Assembly: GCA_030704615.1 (NCBI GenBank)
Contig: CM060731.1
Span: 75,206,001-75,270,000, forward strand
Source: Takakia lepidozioides
Taxonomy: Eukaryota; Plantae; Bryophyta
Length of the DNA: 64,000 nucleotides
Direction: 5' to 3'
Under the pieces are notes generated by a model. It was not told where the DNA came from and made no database searches. It saw nothing but the letters and a program-made list of their open reading frames with translations. This document shows, piece after piece, positions 26,016 through 39,525 of this stretch (position 1 is its first letter; each line of letters opens with the position of its first letter). Both the position numbers and the translations under genes were made by a program.

Positions 26016-27313
26016 ATGGGGACGGGCAAGCCAAAGCGAAAGCGGAACGACCCGAAAGGTGATGATCTTGGTGAGCACAATGGGGCGACGTGTCACCGAA
26101 GCGGCCATTTGAGGAAGCGCTGCATGCTTTTGAAAATGAGGCCACTCAAGAACGGAAGGAATCTGAGGAGTCGGAGCCCGAAGAATCCCTGAGAGCTCCG
26201 ACAGACCAACCGATGCCTCCCATGCCAGCAGCCTTTTGGGAAGGGTTGTTGGCGCAGTTTGGCGGGACGTTGAAAGACGTGTTGAAGGCGGCTAATGCCA
26301 CTTCCACTAAGGCAAAGTTTAAGGTGAAGCCTAAGGAACCCCGCACCTTTGAGGGCGTCCGAAATCGGAAGGCACTCAACCTTGAGGGGCTATGCCCAAC
26401 AATGGTGGCAGAAACGCCTTCACGACCAAGGTCCAAACCCGAAGACCTTGCACTAGAGTGGGTTCAAGGAACTTATGAAAAGACAGTTTGTTCCCCTCAA
26501 CGCGTCCTGGCTCGCCCGGGACAAGATGAGGAATTTGAAGCAAACGGATGACATTCGGGGATATGTTCAGGCTTTCAATGTGCTGTTGCTCGAAGTTGCG
26601 GATATGGCGGAACCAGAAATGGTCTTCAACTTTGTGGCGGGACTGGCCCCATGGGCCAGACGGAAGTTGGAGGAGAAACCACTAGCCGCTTGATGGAGGC
26701 AGTGGTTGCCAAGACTTGTAAGGTAGGCAACTACTCTTGTGAGTTGTATACCAAAGCTTCAAAGTGCAAATTCGGGGTCACAAAAATGGAGTTCCTGGGG
26801 CATGTGATTACACATGATGAGATCAAAATGGATAACAGAAAGGTGAGGGCGATCTTGGACTGGGAGCCTCCGACTTCGGTCCCGGGAGTGCGATCCTTCT
26901 TAGGACTCACCACCTATTACCGAAAGTATGTGAGAAATTTCGCCAAGATCGCGGGGCCGTTGTCAGACCTTCTATGTAAATCCAAGGTATGGGTATGGAA
27001 CACCTTTTGTGGCCAAGCTTTTCCCGAGTTGAAGCAGCGGATGGCGGAAGTTCCAGTCCTGAAAATCCCGGAGTTCGACCGCCCATTTGAGATTCATACG
27101 GATGCGTCGGACTTCGCGACTGGAGGTGTACTCATGCAGGATGGACGTCCAGTGGCTTACTAAAGTAAGAAATTGAATGAAGTGGAGCGATGGTGGCCTA
27201 CGCACGAGAAAGAAATGAAGGCGGTGGTGCATTGCCTTGAGCTTTGGCGCCACTATGTAGGTTCCAACCCAGCGAAGGTGTTCACGGACAATGTCACAGT
27301 GAAGTATTTTGCC
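26016..27313 (+). pseudogene. Internally deleted gag plus RT-end/RNase H of the inner chromovirus
   Basis: Gag identical in type to 23679 onward. Jumps from YSCELY directly to KASKCKFG...EFLGH, then IHTDASDFATGGVL. Confidence 0.9.
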
Positions 27314-28074
27314 CCTGGGGGGTGCACTCCAGCCAATATGTACCAGCCACGTGCGTGCACAGGAGGGGGTATTTTAAACCCCTCCATGTACAACATTATA
27401 CATATAGAGGGGGGTTTATATCACCTTAAATATAATCTTACAGGAGGGGGTTATTGAATTTTAGGAGTAGTCTAGTGGTAAGGGCGTAGAATGTGTCGTG
27501 ACGCACCGCGGGATCAAATCGCGATGCACTGTTGTTTTGCTTTTCTTTTTTTTCTTTTCTCCCCGCGATCTGTCTCCCGCGGGCTCTCTTTTCCCTCCTC
27601 CCCCGCACCCCTTCCGTGTCAGCTTGGTCTTAGCAGGCCATGTTTCAATCTCTGCTCAATCTCGCCGTGCATGCCAGGGGGCAGTGCAGACAGGCCAGGG
27701 CAGTGTTCTTGAGAAGACCACCTTCATAGAACAAGGTAGCCTAACAAAATGAAGACGGGACACTCCCATGGATATTATAGAGTATATATCTTTATTTCCT
27801 TGGTTCGTGCTTTGGTTTCTGATGCACTACAACTCTTATGGCATGCCATCCATGCACTGAAGCTCATTGCCTTCTTTCTTCTTTCTTCTTTGTGACCCCC
27901 TCTCTTTCTTGTTTCTTTTTTCCTCTTATCCCATAAGATCTTTGAGCTTCCTGCAGCCATTGTGAAGTACGATTTCATTTCATTGCTTTTCTTTCGTTCT
28001 GTTCCTCTGCGCCTCTCCACCTATCCTAAGCAGCTGATCGACTTTCAGAATTTTCATCCCGCATGTGGAAACCG

Positions 28075-31000
28075 ATATGCAGATGGTCAACTGGAAACAA
28101 TAGCGGCAGCAGCGCATTGATAGAACAAGGCACTGCTAATGAAGGTACCTTCTTCAACGCATTTCAGCCTGTTTTCCCTGTTAGTAGAGTCGTCCCTATT
28201 TTTTCATGTTGAATTCTGCAAGTTAGCTCGTTGGTGGATCTATGGTGGTTTTGGAGTGATTTTGTGCTCCCTGTACCTTCTTCTTCAACCTATTTCAGTC
28301 TATTTTTCCCTCTCATCATTAGGGTTTAGGGTGTTTGCTGGAAGAACTTCATGCCATCAGTGTCAGCTGCTAGTATCAAGGCTGAGGATGTATTCATGAT
28401 TTGTCCACAGGCAGGGATAGCTGAGGACCAGGGATAGAGGTCCAGATTCATCCAAGAGGACCGGATTTCAAACACAAGTTTCTTTCTGCTTCCCTGTGGA
28501 TCAATAGCTACAAGCAATCGCGCGAGGAGATGGTCAACTGGAAACATCAGCGGCAACAGTGCAATTGATAGAACAAGGCGATGCTAATGAAGGTACATTC
28601 TTCAACACATTTCAGCCTGTTTTTCCCTGTTATCATAGTTTTTCCCTGTTTTTGCCTGAAGGAGCAGGGATAGAGTGTGGGTCCAGATTCATCCACGAGG
28701 GTTGGACTTCGAGCTCCAGATTACCTTGATTCCATGTGGGTCAGTAGCTACAAGAAACCTACATGGGTAGATGGTAAACTAAAGGCAGCTATTGCAGCGG
28801 CACAGATGATAAAATCAGGCACCTCAACCATGACCACAGCTTCTGAAAGAGGATCAAGAGAGGGAGTCCACAATGCCTCTTCTGACATTTCTGGGCATGT
28901 GAAGATACTTTGTGCGGCAGACAGCCTGACAGAGGCTCTACAGATTCTAAACCAATGAGGCATTTTAGCAGATTCAGATATGTATGTCTGTCTCTTGCTT
29001 AAGTGCATCACTGTCACCAACCAGGGCAAAGGTGGGGCCACTCCTTGGATTCAAACGTATAAATATGTTGGCTTCCTTTAGCATGCAAAGGAGAGAAGGA
29101 AAAGACATAAACAGTTCGGTTTTCCTTCAGACCTATGTTTGATCCAATCTCAGATGTGGGGAGGTTGATATTTTTGAGTGTGCAGTTTACCTTCCACTCT
29201 CAAACTTCTACAACTCAAAATTTGGCATTGATAGTAATTCATCCCAATAGTGTCGAGTTCAATCTATTCGCAGCAGACTCAGCTGTAACTTTGGGAAATT
29301 TCATCAGCTAGGTTTGACAACCTACGGTGTTGAAGGGATTTGTAGAGGAACTCAGTGTATGGAGGGCTCACTCTGTTTTGGGTGATGGCGGCACGTTTTG
29401 CAGTTGGCTGGGCTTCACTGCTTGCTCACCGAAGACCATGGCGTGTCTCTCATATTGCAGCGGTACTGTTCATTCTCCTCGTCAGCTTGTGCAATCCTTA
29501 CCTTTGGAGATGTACTTCAATGAAGGAAGGGCAGAGGGAGGATGGTTTCCAGTGGGAAGCTAGTTAGATTGTACTCATAAGACGTTGTTTGCCGTAGCCT
29601 TGTGGACTTTTACCCCGCGCCCAGTTTGAGCGGGAACAAAAGGGACAGAACCTACCTCTGTCAGGGGCTGACGTTGGTAGTAAGACTTACCTTCATATAT
29701 AGAATTAATCCGGGTTTTCCCTCTAGAAATCCCTTCACACAAGCATCAATCTGTTGAGTGTGATTTGCCCAAAAACTAGGCCTCAGGAGGGCCTGGGCTT
29801 TTGGCTCAGCCTCGAGACTTTCAAAGTTGGTAAACAGGGGTACATGCACAATTCCCTTGATAGATTTGAAGAGAGCGTCTCTTTGGTGAGAGAACCCCGG
29901 ACAGTGTATCAGAAAATGAATATTGTCTTCACATTGCCCACACAATGGGAAGTGCACTCCCCCTTTCCTCTCTGCTTCTGTTTGCTATTCAAAGGTAGAC
30001 TTCCTTCCATGAGTTTAAATTTCAGTCTAGTGCCGAGAGTGGGTGGACCCTTGAGGTCATCCAAGATGTCCTCCCCCATGTCACTGACTAGAAACAAGTT
30101 CAGGGAAGTTTTATGCCTAACTTCATTTTCATCAGACAATCTCATGGCAACATACATGGCTTTGGACACTACAGCCTCTAAGTCGGATTTATCCAGCAGG
30201 GTCAAGACTTGCGGATCCAGGTCCAGGTCCTTGAGAATCTCTTCTACTCTGGTGTTGGGAAAACACCTTTTGATCTCAGTCCAAACTAGGAAGTGGTCAG
30301 AGGTACCAATATCAGTTCTGTCGATCAACACATTGGCACACTGGGGGAACAAATTTTTGTCCATTATGATATAGTCCACAATGGAACGTTCCCAAGTTTG
30401 GGATTTCTCACGAGTCCACTGCACTTGGTCACCTCTTGTCTTGTTATTCTAGGTCAAAAGCTGAAGCTCTTCCAGACAGTTAATTAACCGTCTGCCATTA
30501 GAATTCAGCTCGTCCTCACCAGAAGACCCAATGATATCGTCCTGATGGAGCCCTTTGCCCACTTGGGCATTGAAGTCACCTTGCAATAGCACCACAGACA
30601 TGAAGAGAAGCTTTGGAATGAGACACTTTTCTGACCCCAGTCAATGGTGGGACAATGTGGGTGGATGGTCAACTGGAAACAACAGCGGCAACAGCGCAAT
30701 TGATAGAGCAAGGCATTGCTGATGAAGGTACCTTCTTCAACACATTTCAGCCTGAGGGCACCTTCTGGTTTGACCTGTTTCAGCCTGTTTTTCCTCTCAT
30801 CCTCCTCAGCCCTGAAGCATATGTATTGAATTCTGTAAGTTAGCTCGTTGGGTGGATCTGCGGTGCTTTGGAGTGACTTTGCAAGTTACTGCCGAGGTGG
30901 CAACATGACAGTACCTAAAAAAAGATAACAGAGATGGAGAGAAGCTTTCAAGGAATGAATACTTCTCTGACCCCAGTCAGTGGTGGAACAATGTGAGTAG

Positions 31001-31250
31001 ATGGTCAACTGGAAATAGCAGCGGCAGCAGCGCAATTGATAGAACAAGGGACTGCTAATGAAGGTACCTTCTTCAACACATTTCAGCCTGTTTTTCCCTG
31101 TTATCAGAGTCGTCCCTAAATTTCCAGATGGCCGGATTCCAAGCTCCAGATTACCTATGATTCCATGTGGAAGGATAGCTACAAGAAACCTGCATGGGTA
31201 GATGGTCAAGTAGAAGCCATTGTAGCACCTGCAGAGGCATGATGTACGCA
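28075..31250. repeat. Dispersed ~100-150-bp repeats, probably LINE ORF1 fragments
   Basis: GATGGTCAACTGGAAA..AGCGGC..CAG.GCAATTGATAGA.CAAGG...AATGAAGGTAC at ~28081, 28528, 30663 and 31000. Minus strand reads QLRCCRCCFQLT. A related piece lies at 42410-42488. Confidence 0.6.
29568..30610 (-). mobile_element. Internally deleted LINE (APE endonuclease joined to C-terminal CCHC; RT missing)
   Basis: GDFNAQVG; SIVDYIIMD...DIGTSDHFLVW; LCGQCEDNIHFLIHCP. 3' end ...AAGGCTACGGCAAACAACGTCTTATGAGTACA. Confidence 0.8.
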
Positions 31251-31893
31251 TTGTTAGTGTGGAGGGAGGGGTAGCTGTTGATGCAGGGAGAGGATCGTGG
31301 GTGCAAAATCATCCAAGAGGGCTGGCAGGAGTTCTATAAATATGATCCACAACGGTGGGACAATATTGTCAACAGGGTGAGCTTTCTTCATGCAACATCG
31401 TAGGGAGTTTGACAGAACTTTGTATTTAAATATGTTAGTGTGGAGGGAGGGCTAGCTGCTGATGCAAGGATGGACTGTGGGTTCAGGACCACCCAAGAGG
31501 GCTACCAGCAGTGGAAGTAGCAGCATTTGGTCAATAGCAGCAGCAAGAATTAGCAACGTCAAACTCATCAATCAGGTACTTGCTTCTGTATACATTTCAT
31601 CCTCTTATCAACGTAGTCCCTGCTTGGACAGCCTATAGGGTTGTATAAAACAGGACTTTGGAACCTTCCAACCCGGGTGGTCTATCAAGGTCTGATTTGA
31701 AATGTTTTCATTGCATTTTGCAGGTGAACTCATCATGGAAGAAGAGTTGGAAGTAAAAGTCCTGCTCGTTGGAGGAGATGCATCACCAAACAGGCTTGGT
31801 TCTGTGTTCACTATGCAAGGTGTCACATACAAATGCATCTGAGCAAAAATTCTAGGTGATGAGCTTATCTCAGCAAAATTTCATTTCCTTTCC

Positions 31894-32909
31894 ATGGGGG
31901 GTAGTGTCCTTTCAGCCAAGCAGGAAGAGAGGATGGTTCTGAAAGGGGATACTGTACACATTAAGATTTCAGACCAAAATGATGGGGACCAAGGATTGAA
32001 AAGACCTCTATCTTCCAGTGGTTCTACGATCTTGCATGAGGACAGACCAGGCGAGGACCCGGCACCAGTGTCTACCAAGATGAGGATAGACCCTGATACA
32101 CCCTTTGCTGGCGATGGTGGAAATGAAGACCATGCACATGAGCATGCACTTCAGCAAAGATTTGGTAGATTGTGCAGCACGTTGGCTGCATCCAACGATA
32201 TTCAAAAATGGCAGAAAGAGATTAGAGCCGTTGAAAGGAAAATCTCTGCAGAAGGATGATGTGACAAGTTTGAGCTGATGACAAAGGATCAACAAGGACA
32301 AGCAATGTTCCACATATGGTGTGTTGAGTGTGAGGATGTTTATGCACGGTCTGGGAAAAACAAACCATATGATGCATGTGCAAACTTTATGAGATCTCAT
32401 TTGAGGAGTGAGGGGCATCGCATAGCCTATGAGAGGCGTCATGGGAAGGGATCATCACAATGTGTCATCAGCCCTATAAATGCAGATAAAGCATTAGATG
32501 CAAATTGGGTTCGGATTGTGCTGTATTTTTTGTTGATGAGGAGACTGCGATCCAAACTACAAACAGGAAAGGTAGACCAGGGAAAACCTGCAGAGGAGCA
32601 ACCAAAGGCACTTGGTATTTGGGCAGGGTTCAAAGAATGCGGAAGAAAATCAATAAGCGGTTTGTAGAATGTAGGGATTCTATTGATTTATTGGAGCGTC
32701 CTTCTCATATGGAGATTGGGTTAGCATGGTACCAAAAAATTCGAGGAGGGGTCTATACGTACGATTTGACGGATAACATGATGGTTGATTTGGATTCCAT
32801 TATCGCGTTAGCATGTTTAAAGTGCAATGTCAAGTCAAACACATATGTTCTTGATGCAAATGACCGAAAAGTTTTTGACAACTTTATCAAAGGCAAATAT
32901 TTTTTTTAA
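31894..32909 (+). pseudogene. Residual ORF of the CCC-terminal element with a C2H2/U1-like zinc finger
   Basis: IWCVECEDVY...NFMRSHLRSEGH; frameshifted continuation GSDCAVFF...WYLGRVQRMRKK. Ends just before the right subterminal region. Confidence 0.5.
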
Positions 32910-33204
32910 ATTAATTTGTTAGATTTTATTATGTTTTAAATGAATAAATTCGATATAATATAAAAACATACATATACATATTGGAGGGTTATTTTTAATG
33001 ATGGAAAATGAGAATATACATACAGAAGGGGGTACTTTCTAAAAATTGTAAATTTTTGTATATTTACAGGAGGGGATTTTATAATCTTCAAAAAGTATGT
33101 ACAGAGGGGGTATAAATTATCCAAGGACCCGTATACAGGGGGTTTTTTTATTAGGCGACGAACGCACGTGATACGCACAGTTTATAAAGAGTGCACCCCC
33201 CGGG

Positions 33205-36200
33205 CCGGAAATCTTGACAGATTCGTACTTTGCCCGATTGTTTCATGGGCACGACCACTATAGGCAATACCCAATCGCTATAAGGTACATGATAAATGAA
33301 TCCAACAGCTAACAATTTGTCCAACTCTTCTTTAACCATCAGAGAATATTTAGGATTCAATCGATGTTGGCGTTGTCGTACTGGCATTGCTCCTTCCTCC
33401 AATATAGTGCGATGCTGGCAAATTTATGGGGGCACACCCCGAAGATCAGTATAGGTCCATGCAAAAGCCGTACGATGTTTATGGAAAAACTCCTTCCACA
33501 TAGACAATTCATTTGATGGGATTGCCGCAGAAATTATAATGTCATTGGGCTCAGCAGCTGTATTCAAATTCAAGGTTTGATAAGGGTCCTTCTTTATTAA
33601 TGGAGCACGGTTATCATCAGCCGAATCATACCACGCGATATCTTCCGACGTGGTGGCCTCTTCCCACTCAGATTCATGCTGCACCATATAAGAAGATCGG
33701 GCTCCCTCCCATCGCAAGATAGCATCATCAGAGTCACTATCAAAATCACCATGCCAGGGGTACTCTCCTAGATTAGCACAGCGGTAGATCCGCCGGCTCC
33801 GTGTATGTTTTAGGTGACAATGGTAGAACTTGAAGATCACTATCGGTGTCACTGGTCCTCTCGTCAGCTTCAGAGATAAACTCAGATTCGATCTCTTATG
33901 TCTCCCTATGATATGCTACTAGGTACATTTGCAACACCACCTTTTGTTCTATTTTTCCCAGAGTCAGAGTGTCTTTCCCCAAATCATTTTTAGCTTTAGA
34001 TTGGAACAACCATGGTCGTCCTAATAAGATGGGGTAAGAATAGGCCGAGACATTTAGTCGGAAGACAACATAATCAATGGAATACTCAATAGCAGCAATT
34101 ATAGTTGGCACGGCAGTCAGGACGCCCATTGGTTTGACACGGCTTTGATCAGCCATCCGTAACACCAATCGAGTGTTCTGTAAACCACTGAGTCCTAGCT
34201 CCTCCATTGTGTTGGAACTCATTAAATTGACACTAGAACCACCGTCAATTTGAACTCCAGTAATAACAACGTCATCTATTGTCACATCAAGGACGGGGGC
34301 ACCTGGATCCGGATTGAGTGTGGATATACTCACTTCATGGACGTCGTTTTTCGTTGCCTATTTCCGTACTAGAGATGACTGCAACAGCTGCCGCAAAGAA
34401 ATAGCAGGTTGCAACATGTCCAGGTCTTTAAGTATATCATAATGAACCAAGCCCTTAGTCAGTACCATGACCCTTCTCCGCCGAGACCCCTTGGGGTGTC
34501 ATATCTTGCCATTGCCCATTTTCGGACCAGTATACTTCCCTCTATTTCTCCGCTGGACTGGCTCCGTTCTAGATTGGGGTATCGCAACTGTGATGACAGG
34601 ATCCGGGTCGATAGAGTCCACGATAGTGGAAGGTGGATGGACAACCAAACTAGGCGATATCATCGTTGGTATCGGATGAATATCGGGCATAATGGGCAAA
34701 GATCGTTGTACCTCCTCCATTGGCTTGGAATTCATGCTATCGGGGGTTTTTAAGGCAGAGTTTTCCACGATAGGGTCCATCGGCAATAACTTACGAGCCC
34801 TGGTGGTAACCGCTTTAACCATGGGATTATCTGTCTCAGCATTAAAATAATAAGATTGGAAAGGGGTATCGGCTGCTTCCATCTTGCCTTTGCCTTTTAA
34901 GGTGGCTATCTTATCAGCCAAATTCATATCACTCACACATTCTTGCACTGTTACTCGGTTCACAACTCGATTGGTATTAGTATTTCTAAAAGAATGTGAC
35001 GGCCTTGCAGTTGGTGGTACTGGTCCTGAACCAGGAAGTTTAGGGATTGATGAGGTTTGCTGATGGATGGGATTTTGGGGGTATGGACTCTCACATTGTT
35101 CAACAGTATGTCCCTGACCTTCACAACGCCCACAAAGCGGGATATAATCAACCGGGGCTTTCGGATTAGGGCATTCGCTGGCAATATGTCCCATCTCATG
35201 ACAACGATAGCAAATCGGATATTGGCCATTCCTCAATCGTCGAGCCGGTGGCCGATAAGGAGCATTAGTCTGTTGTGGATACATTTGCTGCTGTTGGCCT
35301 CCTCCGCCCCCATAGGTTTGATTGGAGAACAGCCGCAATTGGTACTGCCGCCATTGGTACTAGTACAATAGGTGGTATAATAGGTGGTGCAGGGGCTGCA
35401 ATAGGGGACGCAATAGGTGGTGCCGATGCAGCTGCCTGTGCGACTAATAATGCTCGTCGTGCTATCCTGACTGCCAATCGATCAGATCTGGCTTTAGCCT
35501 TATGTTCGGCGGTTACGGGAAATTCCCTCATACCCCATAACCCCTTCTTCTTAATTGACAATACAAGATGATCTCCTCGATTTCTTGCAACAGTCAATTC
35601 AAGTGTTCTTAACGTTTCCTCTTGTTCAGACAATAGTTGAATCTGCTCCTCCTGCGCTATCGCCAGAGCTAGCATCTCCACTTTTTGTTAACTGAGAACA
35701 AGGAGGCTCATCCGTCTCCCACGCCTTCTTCTGAGTCCAAAAACATTATGAAATCTCTGTCTTTTTATGTTGCTTACATAAACTACAATAAGGACATAGT
35801 TTGAAACCAGGTGGGGAAACCTTACTATTACGAATGACTTCCCCCGTCATCTCGTAATTCCTCAACAGAAAGTAATTATCTTGAAATTTTAGTAAAGCAT
35901 CACTATAGCAAACCGCATCGTCTTTCCCCGGCAGCGGCGCCAAAAAGATGTAGAATAAAACTAAGATCAATCCTAAAAGAAAAGATCAATTAGTCTAGAG
36001 TTCGTTCGCTGGGGAAAGCACTATACGACTAATGCATAACGATGCTAGACTATTCTATCTCTCTCTATCCCTTCTTTGAAACAACTTTTACCAACAGTCA
36101 TCTTCATCTAACACGATCATCATTCTCCCAGATTCATAAATATTCTCTCCATCTTCTATTAACTCTGCTCCATCGGCTGAAATCAAATACCATTGCTCTA

Positions 36201-36273
36201 TTATGTTTTTCCTCCAATAATCTCTCTGATACAAAGCCAACAGCTCTCGATACCATTCTTTACTGACTAACCA
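33205..36273 (-). mobile_element. Truncated non-chromovirus Gypsy (LTR 35949-36273, tRNA-Asp-type PBS, gag, protease, RT start)
   Basis: PBS TGGCGCCGCTGCCGGGGA next to the LTR. Two knuckles CYRCHEMGHIASEC and CGRCEGQGHTVEQC; VQIDGGSSVNLM; RT ...KVRICQDFR cut at the TIR. Confidence 0.9.
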
Positions 36274-36279
36274 TAGATT

Positions 36280-37693
36280 GATCCGGAAGGCTTACCAGAA
36301 GGATGAGATGGGGAAGTCCGTGATGCGGGACTTGAGGATGGGGGTTAAAACGCAGTTCCACTTGCAAAATGGCTGCTCCGGTACAAGCAAAAGAGTCTCT
36401 ACGTGCCGAAGGGAGGGATCAGAGATAGTCTCTTGAGAGAATGCCACGATGGCCCGCTTGCGGGCCACGGCGGAGTCAAGCGCACCGCAACACTCTTGAA
36501 AAAAAAGTATTTCTGGCCCAAACTAAGGGAGGAAGCCGTGGAGTATGTCAAGACATGCACCACATGCCAACAAAACCGGAGCGAGTACAAAAAGCAAGCG
36601 GGGCTGTTACAACCCTTGCCGATTCCAGAGGGGTCTTGGGAAAGTGTCTCGATGGACTTCATGACTGCTATGCCGCTGTCAAAAGGATTCGATGCAATCA
36701 TGGTGGTGGTGGATAGATTCAGTAAAATGGGCCATTTCATCCCCACCAAGGAGACGACAACGGCGCAAGAGACGGGGCGACTTTACTTCGCCCACATCTT
36801 CAAGCATCATGGACTCCCGAAGGATATTGTCTCGGACCGCGATCCAAAATTTACTGGTAAATTTTGGAGGGTACTTTGGATGAAAATGGGGACGAGGCTC
36901 AAAATGAGCACCGCCTTCCGACCTACGACGGACGGCCAAACGGAAAGGATGAATTCCGTGGTGAAGCAGATCTTGCGGAATTACGTAACGGCAGACCAAT
37001 CGGACTGGGTGGAGCACTTGGATGCGGCGGAGTTCTGTTATAATAACACAAAACACTCTGCAATGGGAGTTTCCCCCTTCGTATTGGTCTATGGAAAAGC
37101 ACCTCTGGTGCCGACAAGTTGGGCCGCCCAGGACGTTGAGGAACCGACAGCAGCAACAGTGCTGGAAGAACGCAAGCGTTTGTTGAAGCTCGCAAAGTAC
37201 AACATTGCCAAAGCTAGGAAACGGTATGAACGGCAGGCAAATCGGAAGCGGAGGGAGGTTAAGTTTGAGGCAGACACAGAGGTCTGATTGAATATCAAGA
37301 ATTTTCGACTACCTCCGGAAGTGAGTCCAAAGTTCGTACCTCTGTATGCGGGACCCTTTCGCACCTGGAAGGTTATGAATGAGGATGAGTATGAATTGGA
37401 GCTGCCCGGCAAATAGCAAGGTGCATCCGGTATTCCATGTCTCCCTTTTGAAGCCTTACTTCAAAGATGAAGCGCGTCCGAATCGGCATCAAGTGTTGCG
37501 TCCGCCACCTGTGATGTTGGATCATGAAAATGAACCTGAGTACGAGGTGGAGGCAGTGTTTAAGTCGAGGAGGTTCAAGAATCGAGAAACGGAGTATCTC
37601 GTGAAATGGAAGGGCTATCATTATGTGGAGGCATCTTGGGTGCGTGCCTCAAAAATGGGAAACGCATCCGAGGCGGTTGCAGCTTTTGAATGA
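36280..37693 (+). pseudogene. Integrase with GPF module and chromodomain (inner chromovirus)
   Basis: CHD...GH...CTTC; VSMDFM, IVSDRDPKF, DGQTER; VHPVFHVSLLKPY; chromodomain EYEVEAVFKSR...YLVKWKGY...SW. Confidence 0.95.
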
Positions 37694-38638
37694 CGACCTC
37701 AAAAGCGGAAGAAGCGTTGATGGGGACATCAACCTTGGATCGTGGGGGAGGAAATGCATGCTTAGCCCGGCTTAGCTAGTTCAGGAATCCGATTGCAAAA
37801 ACTTGTGTTGTACAAATTTTGTTATAAATGAAATGGTTTCCAAATGTTGTGCATCCTATTTTGTTTGGAATGGTGATGCATGGTATGATTGGCTAGTGTG
37901 TAGAATGCATGCTAAGCTTACAAAGTGGGAGAGGTAAATTGGATTAATCGTGTTTTTGTGTAGTGCTGAAATCGGGTGACTCCCACCCAAGGGGCAAGGA
38001 AACTTGCACCTTCGTTGGGAGTTCACGTGCTAGTGCGCACCTAGCGCGTGCGCGTACTATAACTGCGCCCTAACTGCGCTACCGAGGGGGTTGCCTTGTA
38101 ATGCGGGCTAACGCGGAAGCTACGTACTTCCGTTCACGTACTATAATCGTGTAGCCTCGGGACGAAGTCGTATTGCGGCTTCGGCGTGTTCCCGTACCTC
38201 AAGCCAACATTCCAAGACGGACCCAATTGTAGTGATTGGGGTGCACGGTTGGTTCAAGGTTATCTTCCTAGTAAAAAAGGGTTCAAGGCGAACCCTTGCT
38301 CAAGGTGATGCCAAAAGCGACATCACAAGTGGTCGCAAACAAATGTTGTTGCAGTAAGGCGATTCGATCCTCGGGAAGGATCGTTCCTTGGCCTTGAAGT
38401 GGGTCAAGAAGAGTGCACTGGGATGAGCTTGAGAGGCTCCACCCTTGGCCGGGTTTTGGAGGAAGTCGGCCGAACTAGCTACTGGAGAGTAGAGACAAGT
38501 GGGGGTTTGGTTCTTAGTCATGGGACGCCATGGTGCGGAAACAAACTCCTTGATGTGGGACGCCACAACTTGGATGTTCGTTTTTCTACAAAATAGACAA
38601 GTCGATGAGGACATCGACTCCCTGTTGGTAGGGGTGTG

Positions 38639-39364
38639 TGTCGCGGCCCTTTGCCTTGAGGGCAGGGGGTCGGGACACGAGAGGGGCTGCCCCTGTGGTG
38701 GGGGCAGTGGTGACAATAGATGCGGGGGCTGAAGCACCCTTGAGTCCCAAGGCACTCAAGGAGGCGGAGGTGCTCACTAGGTGGAGCCCCGCACACCGGG
38801 TTGCGGTGGGGGTGGTTCCACGAGGGGTGGTGGTAGCTTAGTGGGACTTAGTGGGGGTGGCATAGGACTCACCATGGGGGCGGAGACCTTGTCGGTAGGA
38901 GTCGTGGGGAGTCTTGGGACTCATCACGGTCCAATGGGACCGTGGTGGGTGGGCCAAGACTCACCGCGACTCATCACCGGGAGTCGCGGGTTTTCGTGGT
39001 GGTTCGCCATAAAATGGCATGGTTGTTTGTGAAACCCCCGCGGACAGTCACAGAAGTATATATAGGGAGTAGTAACCCCGAGAATGGTGCAAGCCCGTTG
39101 ATGTCCAAAAACTAGTGAGCAAGCGAGCGAGCCAGAAAGCGACCAAGGAGTGGGGAGCTATTCCGGACTGCCATCCACCAAAGAGAATTTCCACTAGGCC
39201 CAAATTGGTGGAGGGTTTCTGGGAAGAGTAAAGGGGGACCGTTATGTCCCGGTGAGCAGCCGAAGCTCCAAGTTGGCCCGACGGTCAGGTTGGGAGTTAG
39301 GCGCGCGCATCGAAGCGAGTAACTATGACTTGAAGGGGAGCTTACCGAAGTGAGGTGCGCGACA
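38639..39364 (+). repeat. 3' LTR of the inner chromovirus
   Basis: Direct repeat of 25238-25960; preceded by purine-rich GGTAGGGG; followed by the TSD. Confidence 0.95.
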
Positions 39365-39525
39365 GTGTGGGAATGGTGGCGAAGTTTTACGAGTGTTGGA
39401 AACGCCCAACCCAGTGAGAGGGCGGATAAACCTACTGTCAGCAAAGGAGTGGTCCGTGGAGGAGCCACACGAGCCCCAGTTTTTTCTGCGATAGGGAGTC
39501 GAGCCCAGATTGGATCAAGGGGATT

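Larger units (their letters stand above)
27314..33204. mobile_element. TIR DNA element with CC(C/T)GGGGGGTGCACTC termini, filled with LINE debris
   Basis: CCTGGGGGGTGCACTC at 27314 and GAGTGCACCCCCCGGG ending at 33204. ACAG(G)AGGGG subterminal motifs at both ends. CC dinucleotide flanks both termini. Confidence 0.75.
25238..39364 (+). mobile_element. Inner chromovirus copy with both LTRs and GTGTG target-site duplication
   Basis: LTRs TGTCGCG...CGCGACA at 25238-25960 and 38639-39364. GTGTG at 25233-25237 and 39365-39369. PBS TGGTATCAGAGC (tRNA-iMet) at 25963. Confidence 0.95.

Noticed and set aside
29754-30374. 206-aa plus-strand ORF
   Set aside because: Antisense to the LINE endonuclease remnant.
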